Shown here in pieces: positions 43,501-53,111 of a stretch of 64,000 bases of DNA. The notes beneath the pieces are model-generated. The model was not told the origin of the DNA, searched no databases, and was given only the letters and a program-made list of their open reading frames with translations. The DNA is from an uncultured Collinsella sp. (GTDB lineage: Bacteria; Actinomycetota; Coriobacteriia; Coriobacteriales; Coriobacteriaceae). How positions within the stretch are numbered: the stretch's first letter is position 1; every line of letters begins with the position of its first letter. A program made the position numbers and the translations under genes. The stretch is taken from contig UREZ01000001.1 in assembly GCA_900547025.1 (NCBI GenBank), positions 15,287 to 79,286 of the forward strand, written 5' to 3'.

Positions 43501-43710
43501 ACAAACAGCGGCGGCGCGTCTGACCGAACGAGGGTATGGGGACTCGTTCGACCAGACGCGCCGCCGCTGTTTGTGATCCCTTTTCCTCCGTCCCCTTCGG
43601 ATCACGTGATCCCTTGGGGACGGAGGAATAGGGATCATTTCGTAGGCCCGTGGCCGCCTTGGAAACCGAATGATGGTACGAGCATCCATTCGGCTTCCAA
43701 GGCGGCCACG
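43501..43710. repeat. Cluster of three tandem long hairpins including an inverted REP doublet
   Basis: 43501-43574 (22-bp perfect stem base); 43573-43637 (two inverted copies of the ttcctccgtcccc REP); 43648-43710 (ccgtggccgccttggaa/ttccaaggcggccacgg). Confidence 0.75.
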
Positions 43711-43746
43711 GACAGAACGGGACGAACAGAAAAGAGCGACGGACGC

Positions 43747-45051
43747 CTACTCCCCCGCCACGCTCGCGCGCAGCTTGGCGGCGATGGGCTCGGATACCAG
43801 CAGGAACACGAGCATGACCACGGAGCACGCCAAGCACACGATCCAGGTGCTCGCAAAGGAGCCCGTGACGTCGAACAGCACGCCCGAGACAATGGCGCCC
43901 ACGGTGCCGCCGACCATCTCGAGCGAGGTGATGGTGCCCGTGACCTTGCCGAGGTCGGCCATGCCAAACTGCTTGGACGCGGCGATGGTAGGCGTGATGG
44001 TGCCCATACACGTTCCGATACCAAAGCTCACAGCGGCGACAATAGGACCGAGGTCCGTCGTCGGGAAGCACAGCGCCACGCAGGCGATAATGCACGCAAC
44101 GGAGCCAAGGATATTGCCAAAGCGCAGGCCAAAGCGGTCATAAATCGCACCGAGCGAAATCTTGGCGATAACGACGGTGACCATATAGGCCGAAAGCACA
44201 GTGCCCGCCCACATGGGATCATGACCGCCCGTGACGATCTTGGCGCCGTTGACGGTAACGCTCGTCATGTTGGTGACTTGGTTGGGCAAGATGGCGCCGT
44301 TAACGAGACCCATAAAGAGGAAGGCGACGACAAGCAGCCAAAACGCCGGGCTCTTCTTGATGCGAGACCAGCCGACGCTAACCTCGGGCGCCGTATGCTC
44401 GTCCTTGTCGCCAGCCGTCGAGACGGACGGATCGCCCGGGTTCTCGCCGAGCGGCTTAAGGCCGATCTCGGAAGGCTTAGTGCGGAAGGAGTAGGCCGTG
44501 ATGGGCAGTGCCGCCACCATGCAGACGGCAGCGAGTACCAGGAACGCAGAGCGCCAGCCCACACTCACGATAAGCGAGCTCACGATGGGAGACAGAATAG
44601 CGCCGCCAAAGCCCGAACCCGAAAGTGCGATGGAGATGGCAAGGCCTCGCTTGGCCGCAAACCAGTTGGCGGTCACCAGGCTGATAAGCAGACGGGTCGA
44701 GGCGACGGCAAAGCACCCCGAGACGGCAAAGAGCACGTAGACCTGCCACAGCTCACCGACAAAGCTCATCCCGGCAAGAACGGCAGAGGTGGCGATTACA
44801 GTGAGGGAGCCCAAAACGCGACCGCTCACTTTATCGGCCACATGACCGATCACAAGTGAGCCGATAACGCTCACCACAGTGGAGATGGCGTTGGAGATGT
44901 TGTACTGCGCAAGCGTAATCCCGAGGTCGCTTACGATGAGCGGCTGAAACAGGCTCATGCAGTTGACGAAAATGGTGTAGCACGTGGCCATGATCACAAA
45001 GCCGGAGGCCACGACGAGCCAGCCGGGGAAGAACTTACGTTGCTGGGACAT
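43747..45051 (-). CDS. MFS transporter (OFA/MCT-like)
   Basis: about 12 TM; GWLVV, NWFAAKRGLAISIALSGSGFGG, GAIYDRFG. Confidence 0.9.
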   Translation of the reverse strand: MSQQRKFFPGWLVVASGFVIMATCYTIFVNCMSLFQPLIVSDLGITLAQYNISNAISTVVSVIGSLVIGHVADKVSGRVLGSLTVIATSAVLAGMSFVGELWQVYVLFAVSGCFAVASTRLLISLVTANWFAAKRGLAISIALSGSGFGGAILSPIVSSLIVSVGWRSAFLVLAAVCMVAALPITAYSFRTKPSEIGLKPLGENPGDPSVSTAGDKDEHTAPEVSVGWSRIKKSPAFWLLVVAFLFMGLVNGAILPNQVTNMTSVTVNGAKIVTGGHDPMWAGTVLSAYMVTVVIAKISLGAIYDRFGLRFGNILGSVACIIACVALCFPTTDLGPIVAAVSFGIGTCMGTITPTIAASKQFGMADLGKVTGTITSLEMVGGTVGAIVSGVLFDVTGSFASTWIVCLACSVVMLVFLLVSEPIAAKLRASVAGE

Positions 45052-45090
45052 ACTGCTCCTTTTTAAACAAACGAGTAGCAAGATTGGGTG

Positions 45091-46386
45091 CTATCGGTGG
45101 TCGGCGATGTAGCCCAAAGCGACAGCGGTATAAGCTGCGGCACCGAGCGGCAGCTCGGCATCGTTAAAGCGTGCCTTGGGATGGTGTTGGGCAAAGTGCT
45201 CGTCCGTATCGGTCACAGCTGCGCCGATCGTAAAGTACGCGCTCGGTATCTCACTCGAGATAAGCGCAAAGTCCTCACTCGCCATGGCGTGGAACAGCGG
45301 CAGGAAGGCGGCCTTGGGCAGCACCGCGTCCACGTAGCCAAGCGACGCTTGCGTCATATCGTCATCGAGTACGAGCGGGGGAACATCCGAGAGTGTCTCG
45401 AGGGTCGCCGGCGTGCGATACGTTGCGGCCACGCCGTTGACGACCTCGGCGATACGTTCCTTGAGATGAGCCATGAGATCGACATCGAAGCCACGCAGCG
45501 TTCCCTCGAGCACACAAGTGTCGGGGATGACATTTGCGGCCTGACCGCCGGCGAACTTACCGACAGTCAGTGCGACCTCCTTGGCCGCCGGCACCTCGCG
45601 GGAGATGAGCTCCTGAAGCGCCAGATGCACATGGACGCCGGCCGTGATGGGGTCGATGCAGATCTCGGGGCTCGAGCCATGGCCACCCTTGCCCTGAAGC
45701 GTGATGCGAAAACCGTACACGCCCGAGAGCGCCGGGCTGCCGTAGAGCACCAGGCCAAGCGGCGACTGGCTATTGACATGCATGGCAAAGGCGGCCTGGG
45801 GACGCGGGTTCTGTAGCAGACCATCGGCGATGGCGGCGCGGGCACCCTCAAAGGTTTCCTCGCCCGGCTGGAACAGCAACTTAACCGTAGCGTTGGCATC
45901 AACAAGCTCTGCCTCGCGCGCTTTGAGCATACGAGCCGCACCAAGCAGCGCCGTCGCGTGCATATCGTGACCGCAAGCGTGCATGCAGCCGTTGGTGGAT
46001 GCAAAGGGCTCGCCCGACTCCTCGGCAACAGGCAGGGCATCCATATCGCCACGGAGCATGATGACCGTACCGGCCTGTTCGTCCGTGCAAACGCCATTGC
46101 CCCGGGCCGCGGCGGCACCGGCGCCGACAAGGCCCACAACGCAGGAACCATCAACGAGCGTGGCAAATGGGATGTCCATCTCGGTCAGGCGCGCTTGGAT
46201 ATACGCAGAGGTCTGTGGGAGGCTATTACCCAGCTCGGGCATCTGGTGGAGATCGTGTCGCCACGCAGCGAGCTCGTCTGCAAAAGCCTGAGCTTCTGCA
46301 ACAAGACCGTCACCGATAGCGGTCTGCGCCGCTGCGGTGGCCTTGGGCGCTGATTGCGGTTGAAGATCGGACAAAGCTGGTGCCAT
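45091..46386 (-). CDS. M20D amidohydrolase
   Basis: LHQMPEL, LRGDMDALP, MHACGHD, FQPGEE, GKGGHG, SEDF. Confidence 0.93.
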   Translation of the reverse strand: MAPALSDLQPQSAPKATAAAQTAIGDGLVAEAQAFADELAAWRHDLHQMPELGNSLPQTSAYIQARLTEMDIPFATLVDGSCVVGLVGAGAAAARGNGVCTDEQAGTVIMLRGDMDALPVAEESGEPFASTNGCMHACGHDMHATALLGAARMLKAREAELVDANATVKLLFQPGEETFEGARAAIADGLLQNPRPQAAFAMHVNSQSPLGLVLYGSPALSGVYGFRITLQGKGGHGSSPEICIDPITAGVHVHLALQELISREVPAAKEVALTVGKFAGGQAANVIPDTCVLEGTLRGFDVDLMAHLKERIAEVVNGVAATYRTPATLETLSDVPPLVLDDDMTQASLGYVDAVLPKAAFLPLFHAMASEDFALISSEIPSAYFTIGAAVTDTDEHFAQHHPKARFNDAELPLGAAAYTAVALGYIADHR

Positions 46387-46462
46387 AGATGCCCTCCAGT
46401 ATCGTTTTTGCAGCAAGCACTTTGATAGCGTAAAGTGCAAGGTACTACTTTAAGGGCGAGGC

Positions 46463-46493
46463 ATAAAAAATGCCGCCCCGGGAGGGCGGCGCA
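46463..46493 (-). terminator. Intrinsic terminator after EamA gene
   Basis: aaaaaat-gccgccc-cggga-gggcggc. Confidence 0.65.
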
Positions 46494-46502
46494 ACAAGTT
46501 GT

Positions 46503-47486
46503 TTACAATTGCGGGCGCGGCTTTCGACGCAAAAAATCGAAGTGAGTCTCGCTCAAGATAATCGACAGGAAGATGAGCGCGAAGCCGGCGAGCAGGCGCG
46601 AGGTGAGCGCCTCCCCCATCAGCAGCACCGAGAACAGCACACCCGAAGGCGACTCCATCGAAAGGAGCAGCGAGCCCGTCGAGGCCGGGACATGCGCCAG
46701 GCCGACGTTTTGGATGAGCAGAGCCGCGCATGTGCAGCCCACCGAGAGAAACGCCATCGCACTGATAAAGCTCGGCGTCCACACGGACAGAGGCGCTTGG
46801 GTCTCGAATAGCAGCGACGTTGCCAGGCTCAGCACGCCGTTGCCCACAAACATCCAAAACGTGATGACGTTGATGTCCATTTTGCGACCGTACTTGGCAG
46901 TCACCGCCATCTGGATGGCGAAAAAGGCCGCACCCGCCAGCGTAATGACGTCACCGATGTTGAATTCAACGCTATCGAGTGCGACGAGGCCAATGCCCGC
47001 TAGGCACAGCAGCGCGGCACCCAAGTTGTAGCGCGTGAGCTTTTCGCCGCTCAGGAAATAGCTCGCGAACGGTACAAGGATGCAATACGTGCCCGTCAAA
47101 AAAGCATTCTTGCCCGCCGTAGTATGTGCCAGACCGACCGTCTGCAACGCATAGGCCGCCCACATGAGCACGCCCATACTCAGGCCAACGATCAGGTTGC
47201 GAGCGTTGAGGTGCGCGATGATGCGCTTGTGGAAGACGGCAAACATGACCAACGCTGCGGGCAGAAAACGTACATAGAGCAGCGCGAACACCGGAATGGT
47301 GCCGAGTGCGTCCTTCATAGTGGTAAAGGAGTAGCCCCAGATGACCGCCACCGAAAGGAGCAGAACCTTCCAGAACAGCGGAGAGCGTGCGCCGGCGCCC
47401 CGGGGAATACCGCCCGCGCCCAAATCCTCACGGGCTACTGGGCTATCGGGCAAGTTTTCGATTTCGTTGGCAGCGTATTGGGCCAT
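46503..47486 (-). CDS. DMT/EamA-family transporter
   Basis: IWGYSF, LQTVGLAHTTAGKNAFLT, GDVITL, ESPSGVLFS..GE. Confidence 0.9.
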   Translation of the reverse strand: MAQYAANEIENLPDSPVAREDLGAGGIPRGAGARSPLFWKVLLLSVAVIWGYSFTTMKDALGTIPVFALLYVRFLPAALVMFAVFHKRIIAHLNARNLIVGLSMGVLMWAAYALQTVGLAHTTAGKNAFLTGTYCILVPFASYFLSGEKLTRYNLGAALLCLAGIGLVALDSVEFNIGDVITLAGAAFFAIQMAVTAKYGRKMDINVITFWMFVGNGVLSLATSLLFETQAPLSVWTPSFISAMAFLSVGCTCAALLIQNVGLAHVPASTGSLLLSMESPSGVLFSVLLMGEALTSRLLAGFALIFLSIILSETHFDFLRRKPRPQL

Positions 47487-47680
47487 GGAACATCCTCGCA
47501 CTCAATCTGGGCGTGGTGTCCGCACGCGTATGGCTGCGTGCCGCCTCATGGTCAAATAAAAACAGGGCGCACCGGACCCCCGGCACGCCCCGCTACTGTA
47601 GCAACAACCAAGCAACCCACGCAATCCAGCCCACTAAAGTACCGACTTGAATAACCTCGATGTTCCGTCAACGTCAGCGA

Positions 47681-47779
47681 AAACGGCCCCAAGCGAGCAA
47701 GGTGACGTGAAATGAAAGGGCGCTGACCTTCTGGTCGCGCCCTTGAAATTGAACGTCAGATTGCCGCTTGGGGCCGTTT
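47681..47779. repeat. About 100-bp imperfect palindrome downstream of yhgE genes
   Basis: aaacggccccaagcg...cgcttggggccgttt outer arms; inner tgacgt/acgtca and aagggcgc/gcgccctt; gacc-ttct-ggtc apex. Confidence 0.65.
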
Positions 47780-47819
47780 GCAGCGTCGAGTCGTTACGCG
47801 GTTTGGTAAAACCGCGTAA

Positions 47820-50009
47820 CTAGATTAATTTGGTTGATTCCAGCTTTTCGATAATCCAGTCGTTGGCTTTGATGACCGGGCGGCGGAAGACGACGCCCAG
47901 GGCCAACGACGGAATCAGGTAGCTCGCCAAGATGCCCAGCTCAACCCAGTACTCCATATGGTAGGCACCGGCCATGGCGGCGTGCATGGCGTTGATGCCG
48001 TGGGTAAACGGCAGGAACGGATAGATCGCCTGGAACACGGGACCGGTCATCTCGATGGGGAACGTACCGCCCGAACCGCCGACCTGCATGACCAGCAGCA
48101 CGACGGCGAGGGCCTTGCCGATATCTCCAAACGATACCGTAAGCGTGTAGACGATATTGGAGAACACGAGACTCGCAACCCAGCCCGCCAGCACAAACTG
48201 CAACGGGTTGTCGCACTGGATGCCAAAGAACAGAATGTCGCCCGCGCACACGAGCGTCGCCTGCAGCAGAGCCAGACCACCAAAGAACAGGTAGCGACCC
48301 AGGTAGATCTCGTGCAGGCGCACGGGGATGAGCTCGTTGATAAGCTCATCGTCAACCGAAACCTTCATCATGGCCGCCAGTACGATCGAGCCGACCCATA
48401 GCGACAGAATCGTGTAGAACGGCGCCATGGCCGAACCGTAGTTGCGGATTGGATAGACCGGCTTACGGTCGAGTGCGACAGGGCCGGAAAGCGACACGGC
48501 GAGGCCCTCGGGGTCGTTGCCGATCATTGTCTTAATCATGGCCAGGTCACCCGAGATCAGAGCGCTATCAAGCTCGTCCTTAAAGGCACTGATCTTGTTC
48601 GACGCCTCGCCCAGCTGATCGGAAGCCTTGTTGACCAGCTTTGCAGCCTTGGAGAGACCCTTCGCGAGCGAACCAGAGGCGTCGGTCAGACCGCTCACGG
48701 CGCTATCCAAGTCACCCGAGATACCGTTCAGGGAATCCAGAACGCCCGAAATGGTCTTCTTGAGTTCCTTGGCCTTAACCGAGAACGTAGAATCGTAGTC
48801 GGACTTGGCTCCCGAGATACCCGCCTTGGCATCGGCGATGGCCTGGTCGACCTCGGCACGCGAGTTGTTGACCTCCGCCATGCTGTCCGAAAGGGACTTT
48901 GCGGTCGCCGTCAGATCCTTCGCATTGTTGCGGTACTCCACGGCAATTCTGCCCAGCGACGTCGCAGCGGACTTGAAGCCGTCTTTGAGCTTGTCATCGC
49001 TCATCTGGTCGGCAAGGTTGCGGAGCCGATCGGCCATCGCATCGATATCGTCAGCACGCGTATTGAGCGCCGCTGCGGCTTCGTTGAGCTGAGACACCGT
49101 AAGGTCAACATGCTGATTCGCGGCATCGAATGCCTTCGCAAGCTCGGCGGACACGTTGTCGAACGAGCCCGCGCTTCCGTCAATCGCCGCGTCAACGGCA
49201 TCGTTGGCGGCCTTGAGCGCTTCCTTGGAATCATTGATGCCGCTCTTGGCGTGCTCCATCAGCTGCTTCGTCGACTCATCAACGGTGCCCGTCTGCTTGA
49301 GCATGCCGCCCGCCGATGTCAGCGAATCGGACGTAGAGCTCAAAATGCCCGCGAGCGACGTCGCGCTCGCCTGAACGTCCTGCAGGTCCTCGACCGAATC
49401 GCCCAGCGTAGAGGACAGATTGGCGATAAAGTTGCTCACTTGGTCGGTGCTCATGTAATCGAGCAGGCTGGACACCGTCTTAAGGCCGATGGACGTGATG
49501 GTCTTGGTAAAGGTCTCGTTGACCTGGCTCTGGACGGCGCTCGAGCCCTTCTCGGTCACGATCTGTGCGATGGCGTTGGCCTTCTGGTTCTCATAGAACT
49601 CGATATCGGCGTGCTTCACGTCGGTCGAGAAGAGCGTCATCATGTCTGCGCTAAAACTTTTAGGGATAACAACGGCAGCGTAGTACGCGCCCGACTTAAC
49701 GCCCTCAATCGCCTTATCACGGTCGTTGAGGACGACCCAATCGAAGTTCTCGTTGCCGCGCAGGGTGGCGGTTACGTTTTCGCCCACGTTGACCTCGACG
49801 GGAATCAGATCGCTCTCGTAGCCCTCATCGGTGTTGACCACTGCAATCTTAAGGTTGCCGGTATTGCCGTAGGGATCCCAGCTTCCGGCGATGTTAAACC
49901 ACGCGTACAGGCATGGCACGATGATCAGGCCCATCACAACAACCAAGCCGATCACGGAGCGAGACACGTTTTGGACATCGCGCTTAAACAGGTGCAGGAT
50001 GTTTTTCAT
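47820..50009 (-). CDS. YhgE/Pip family membrane protein
   Basis: LYAWFNIAGSWDPYGNT, coiled-coil middle, NYGSAMAPFY, GSGGTFPIE. Confidence 0.92.
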   Translation of the reverse strand: MKNILHLFKRDVQNVSRSVIGLVVVMGLIIVPCLYAWFNIAGSWDPYGNTGNLKIAVVNTDEGYESDLIPVEVNVGENVTATLRGNENFDWVVLNDRDKAIEGVKSGAYYAAVVIPKSFSADMMTLFSTDVKHADIEFYENQKANAIAQIVTEKGSSAVQSQVNETFTKTITSIGLKTVSSLLDYMSTDQVSNFIANLSSTLGDSVEDLQDVQASATSLAGILSSTSDSLTSAGGMLKQTGTVDESTKQLMEHAKSGINDSKEALKAANDAVDAAIDGSAGSFDNVSAELAKAFDAANQHVDLTVSQLNEAAAALNTRADDIDAMADRLRNLADQMSDDKLKDGFKSAATSLGRIAVEYRNNAKDLTATAKSLSDSMAEVNNSRAEVDQAIADAKAGISGAKSDYDSTFSVKAKELKKTISGVLDSLNGISGDLDSAVSGLTDASGSLAKGLSKAAKLVNKASDQLGEASNKISAFKDELDSALISGDLAMIKTMIGNDPEGLAVSLSGPVALDRKPVYPIRNYGSAMAPFYTILSLWVGSIVLAAMMKVSVDDELINELIPVRLHEIYLGRYLFFGGLALLQATLVCAGDILFFGIQCDNPLQFVLAGWVASLVFSNIVYTLTVSFGDIGKALAVVLLVMQVGGSGGTFPIEMTGPVFQAIYPFLPFTHGINAMHAAMAGAYHMEYWVELGILASYLIPSLALGVVFRRPVIKANDWIIEKLESTKLI

Positions 50010-52835
50010 TTATGCCTCACCTCCTTTAGAGTGCTTGCCAAGCGGGGTGGTGTCCCCGTCGTTTCCGCTTACGTTGTCAACGTCGTCGGCATCTTGAGCC
50101 TTACGATGCACACCGATATGCGGCAGACGGCTCGTGGGCTGTTCGCTGTCCTTGGTGCCCCGCTCGCTGGCGTTGAGACCAAACATGCGACGGGCAGCAG
50201 GGATGGCGGCCGTGTGCTCGCGCATCTCACGGCGAAGGTCCTCGTCCGAAAGCGCCGAGATACGCATCTGGGTATTGAGGCTCGCACGGATATACTCGAT
50301 GTTGATGAGCCAGCCACAGATGGCGATAACCGAAATGATCCAGATAACGAGCAGGATGATCTTGCCGTTATTGTCGATATCGAGCACCGTCGAGAGCACA
50401 AAGAGCAGGACCTGCACGCCTACCACGGCAGCAAAACCGCCCTTGATGTAGTACGGGTAGCGATGCTCAAACGCCACGGCATGATCGAGCAGCTCGCGAC
50501 GGTACGAATCCGAATCGAGCATGACGCGCATGGCCGTGCGCAGCGAATAGCGCTGGCGCGGCAGGTCGTTGGACTCGCAGATCATGAGGCCCGTCGTGGA
50601 AAGCTGCTTATCAAAGAGCAGATTGAGGTTGAGCAGCAACGGGCGCAGCTGCAGACCGATAAAGAGCGCCACGATCAGGAACACGCCCAGGATGCACAGG
50701 TTGAACAGGTAGTTGAACGAGTACATGCCGCCGACGGTCTCGCGCAGCAGGTTGATGCCATAGGTGAAGGGCAGCAGCGGATGCAGCCATTGGAAGAAGC
50801 CGGGCATCATCTCGATGGGATACATGCCCGACGAGCCGGGGATCTGCACAATGACGAGGATGACGCCAATGGCTTTACCGATATGCTTAAAGGTGGTGGA
50901 CAGCGCATAGATGATGTTGACGTAGGTGAACGAGATAGCGATGCCGCCCAGCACGAACAGCAGCGGGTTGACGCACTGCACGCCAATCACCAAATCGCCC
51001 ACCGTAACGATGATGGCCTGGAACGCACCCAGGATCACCATCAGCAGCCAGCGGCCAAAGTAGCCCTGACGCGCCGTAAAGCTACCGATGCCCTCGCGGT
51101 CGACCTCGAGCTTGTAGATAGCGATGAGCACATAGCCGCCTACCCACAGCGCCAGATTGGTGTAGAAGGGAGCGATGCCCGAGCCAAAGCTCTTGACTGG
51201 ATAGATTGACTTGGACGTCAGCTCAACCGGAGATGCCATGAAATCTGCCACGTCATCGACGTCGACGTCCATGAGGTCGGCTAACTCGCCCATAGACTCA
51301 GAGGTCTGTAGCGCCGCAATGTCATTGGCGGCGGTCGCGAGCTTGTCCTGAACCTTGGCAAGGGAGGCGTCGGTTTGGGACAGCGTGGTCTTTGCCTGCT
51401 TGAGCGTGGCGTCGAGCTGCGCCAGCGTGCCGCGCGCGCTCGCTATCGTGGGGGTCATACCCGATACAATGCCGGTCAAATCGCCCGAAACGGCGGCAAA
51501 GGAGTCAAGCGCGCCCGAAGCCTTCGGCAGTGCGTTCTGCCCCAGATCGGTCTGAGCCTGACCGAGGTTAGCCGTACCGGTCTGAATTGCTGCGTTAAGC
51601 GCGTTGCTCGCGTTCGAGATTGCCGTAGCGTCGTTTGCCATGGCGCTCGACTGTGCAGAAAGGCCATCCTTAATGCTCTGCAGCTTCTGGTTTTGCTCGC
51701 GAAGCGAATTGATGGTCGACGCGATGAGCGCGTCGGCGTTCTCCGATCCCGTCGACGTATCGTTAGCGAGAATCTGCAGGCGCTCGATGACAGCGCTGTT
51801 GTGGTCAATCGTCGCCTGAAGGGATTCGAGCGAGTTGTCGATTCGAGTGGTCGTGGACGTAACCGTACCGGTAAGTCTGCCAATCGCGGCGTTCGCAGAA
51901 GCCGATGTCTTACTCAGCACGATGCTGCCCTCCGAAAGTGCCTTGGAGAGCGAGGTGATGGACTTGCCAGCCGTGGTGCGAGCTTCGCCCAGCAGATCAT
52001 TACCCTGAGCGATTGCCTGCGTTAGCGAAGGTGCCTGTCCCTGCAGGCCCGCCAACGCAGCATCGGCCGAAGCAATCGAGCTGCTTGTCTTGTCGATGGC
52101 GGCGTTCATGTCGCCGATGGAATCACGTACTTCGCCCAGGGTATCAGACGCCTCGGACACCGAGCCCGCCAGCGAATCCTGGGTCTGGGTCGCTTTGTCC
52201 TTTAAATCGACTCCGGCATCTTTGGCGATTCCGGCAACAGTCTCGCCCACCGTAGAGACAAATTCCGAGTTGATCTGTTCCTCGATGGTATTGGCGCCAG
52301 TGTCGGTGACCTTGGGCGCAATAGCGCTCTTCTTCTCGTTGACGTAGTACGTGAGCTTGGGCTGATGGTAATTGCCGTCGAGCATTGAGACAAGATTGTC
52401 AGAGAAGTTCTTGGGGATCACGATGGCAGCGTAATATTCACCGCTCTCGACGCCCTCTTTAGCATCGGCGGCCGAATCGACGAAGGTCCAGCCCAGCTGA
52501 TCGTTCTCTTTGAGCTGGTCGACAACCTTGTCGCCCGCATTGAGCTCGCCCACCAGGTCGTTTTGAGTTCCTTGGTCATTGTTGGCGATGGCAATCTTGA
52601 TGCCCTGGGTGTTTCCGTACGGATCCCAGTTTGCCACGATGTTGTACCAGGCATATAGCGAGGGAATGACACACACGCCCAGGGTAACCACCAAGGCAAC
52701 GGGGTTCATAAGCAATCGCTTAATGTCGCGCTTAAAGATCGCAAAGGAGACCTTTGCGTTGGATAGTTTGCTGCCGAGACTCACGCTTGGACCATCCATC
52801 CTGTCGTTGAATCGAATCGTACTATCGACAACCAT
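50010..52835 (-). CDS. YhgE/Pip family membrane protein
   Basis: LYAWYNIVANWDPYGNT, SFGSGIAPFY, GSSGMYPIE; start codon uncertain. Confidence 0.9.
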   Translation of the reverse strand: MVVDSTIRFNDRMDGPSVSLGSKLSNAKVSFAIFKRDIKRLLMNPVALVVTLGVCVIPSLYAWYNIVANWDPYGNTQGIKIAIANNDQGTQNDLVGELNAGDKVVDQLKENDQLGWTFVDSAADAKEGVESGEYYAAIVIPKNFSDNLVSMLDGNYHQPKLTYYVNEKKSAIAPKVTDTGANTIEEQINSEFVSTVGETVAGIAKDAGVDLKDKATQTQDSLAGSVSEASDTLGEVRDSIGDMNAAIDKTSSSIASADAALAGLQGQAPSLTQAIAQGNDLLGEARTTAGKSITSLSKALSEGSIVLSKTSASANAAIGRLTGTVTSTTTRIDNSLESLQATIDHNSAVIERLQILANDTSTGSENADALIASTINSLREQNQKLQSIKDGLSAQSSAMANDATAISNASNALNAAIQTGTANLGQAQTDLGQNALPKASGALDSFAAVSGDLTGIVSGMTPTIASARGTLAQLDATLKQAKTTLSQTDASLAKVQDKLATAANDIAALQTSESMGELADLMDVDVDDVADFMASPVELTSKSIYPVKSFGSGIAPFYTNLALWVGGYVLIAIYKLEVDREGIGSFTARQGYFGRWLLMVILGAFQAIIVTVGDLVIGVQCVNPLLFVLGGIAISFTYVNIIYALSTTFKHIGKAIGVILVIVQIPGSSGMYPIEMMPGFFQWLHPLLPFTYGINLLRETVGGMYSFNYLFNLCILGVFLIVALFIGLQLRPLLLNLNLLFDKQLSTTGLMICESNDLPRQRYSLRTAMRVMLDSDSYRRELLDHAVAFEHRYPYYIKGGFAAVVGVQVLLFVLSTVLDIDNNGKIILLVIWIISVIAICGWLINIEYIRASLNTQMRISALSDEDLRREMREHTAAIPAARRMFGLNASERGTKDSEQPTSRLPHIGVHRKAQDADDVDNVSGNDGDTTPLGKHSKGGEA

Positions 52836-52975
52836 TGTACGTAGGCGCTTTAGTGCCTCGCGGCACAATGGTGCTGAGTTTTGCGGATAGCAATATACTA
52901 CGAAGATAAGTTAACGTACAGTTGTACAGTATCTTTAATTTCAGCAGGTCACAAAACCACAACCCGCACAAATAA

Positions 52976-53078
52976 ATGATCCCTTGGGGACGGAGGGATC
53001 ATTCAAAAGGAAACGAGAGTGGAAAATCTCCCACTTCAAGCCCGCATTCGAGCCAAAAGTGGGAGATTATCCACTCTC
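52976..53078. repeat. Truncated REP copy plus long hairpin downstream of htpG
   Basis: atgatcccttggggacggagggatcat matches the 43607 unit; gagagtggaaaatctcccactt...aagtgggagattatccactctc hairpin. Confidence 0.6.
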
Positions 53079-53111
53079 GTTCTAATCTAGTTACGGTGCC
53101 GTATCCCCGAA

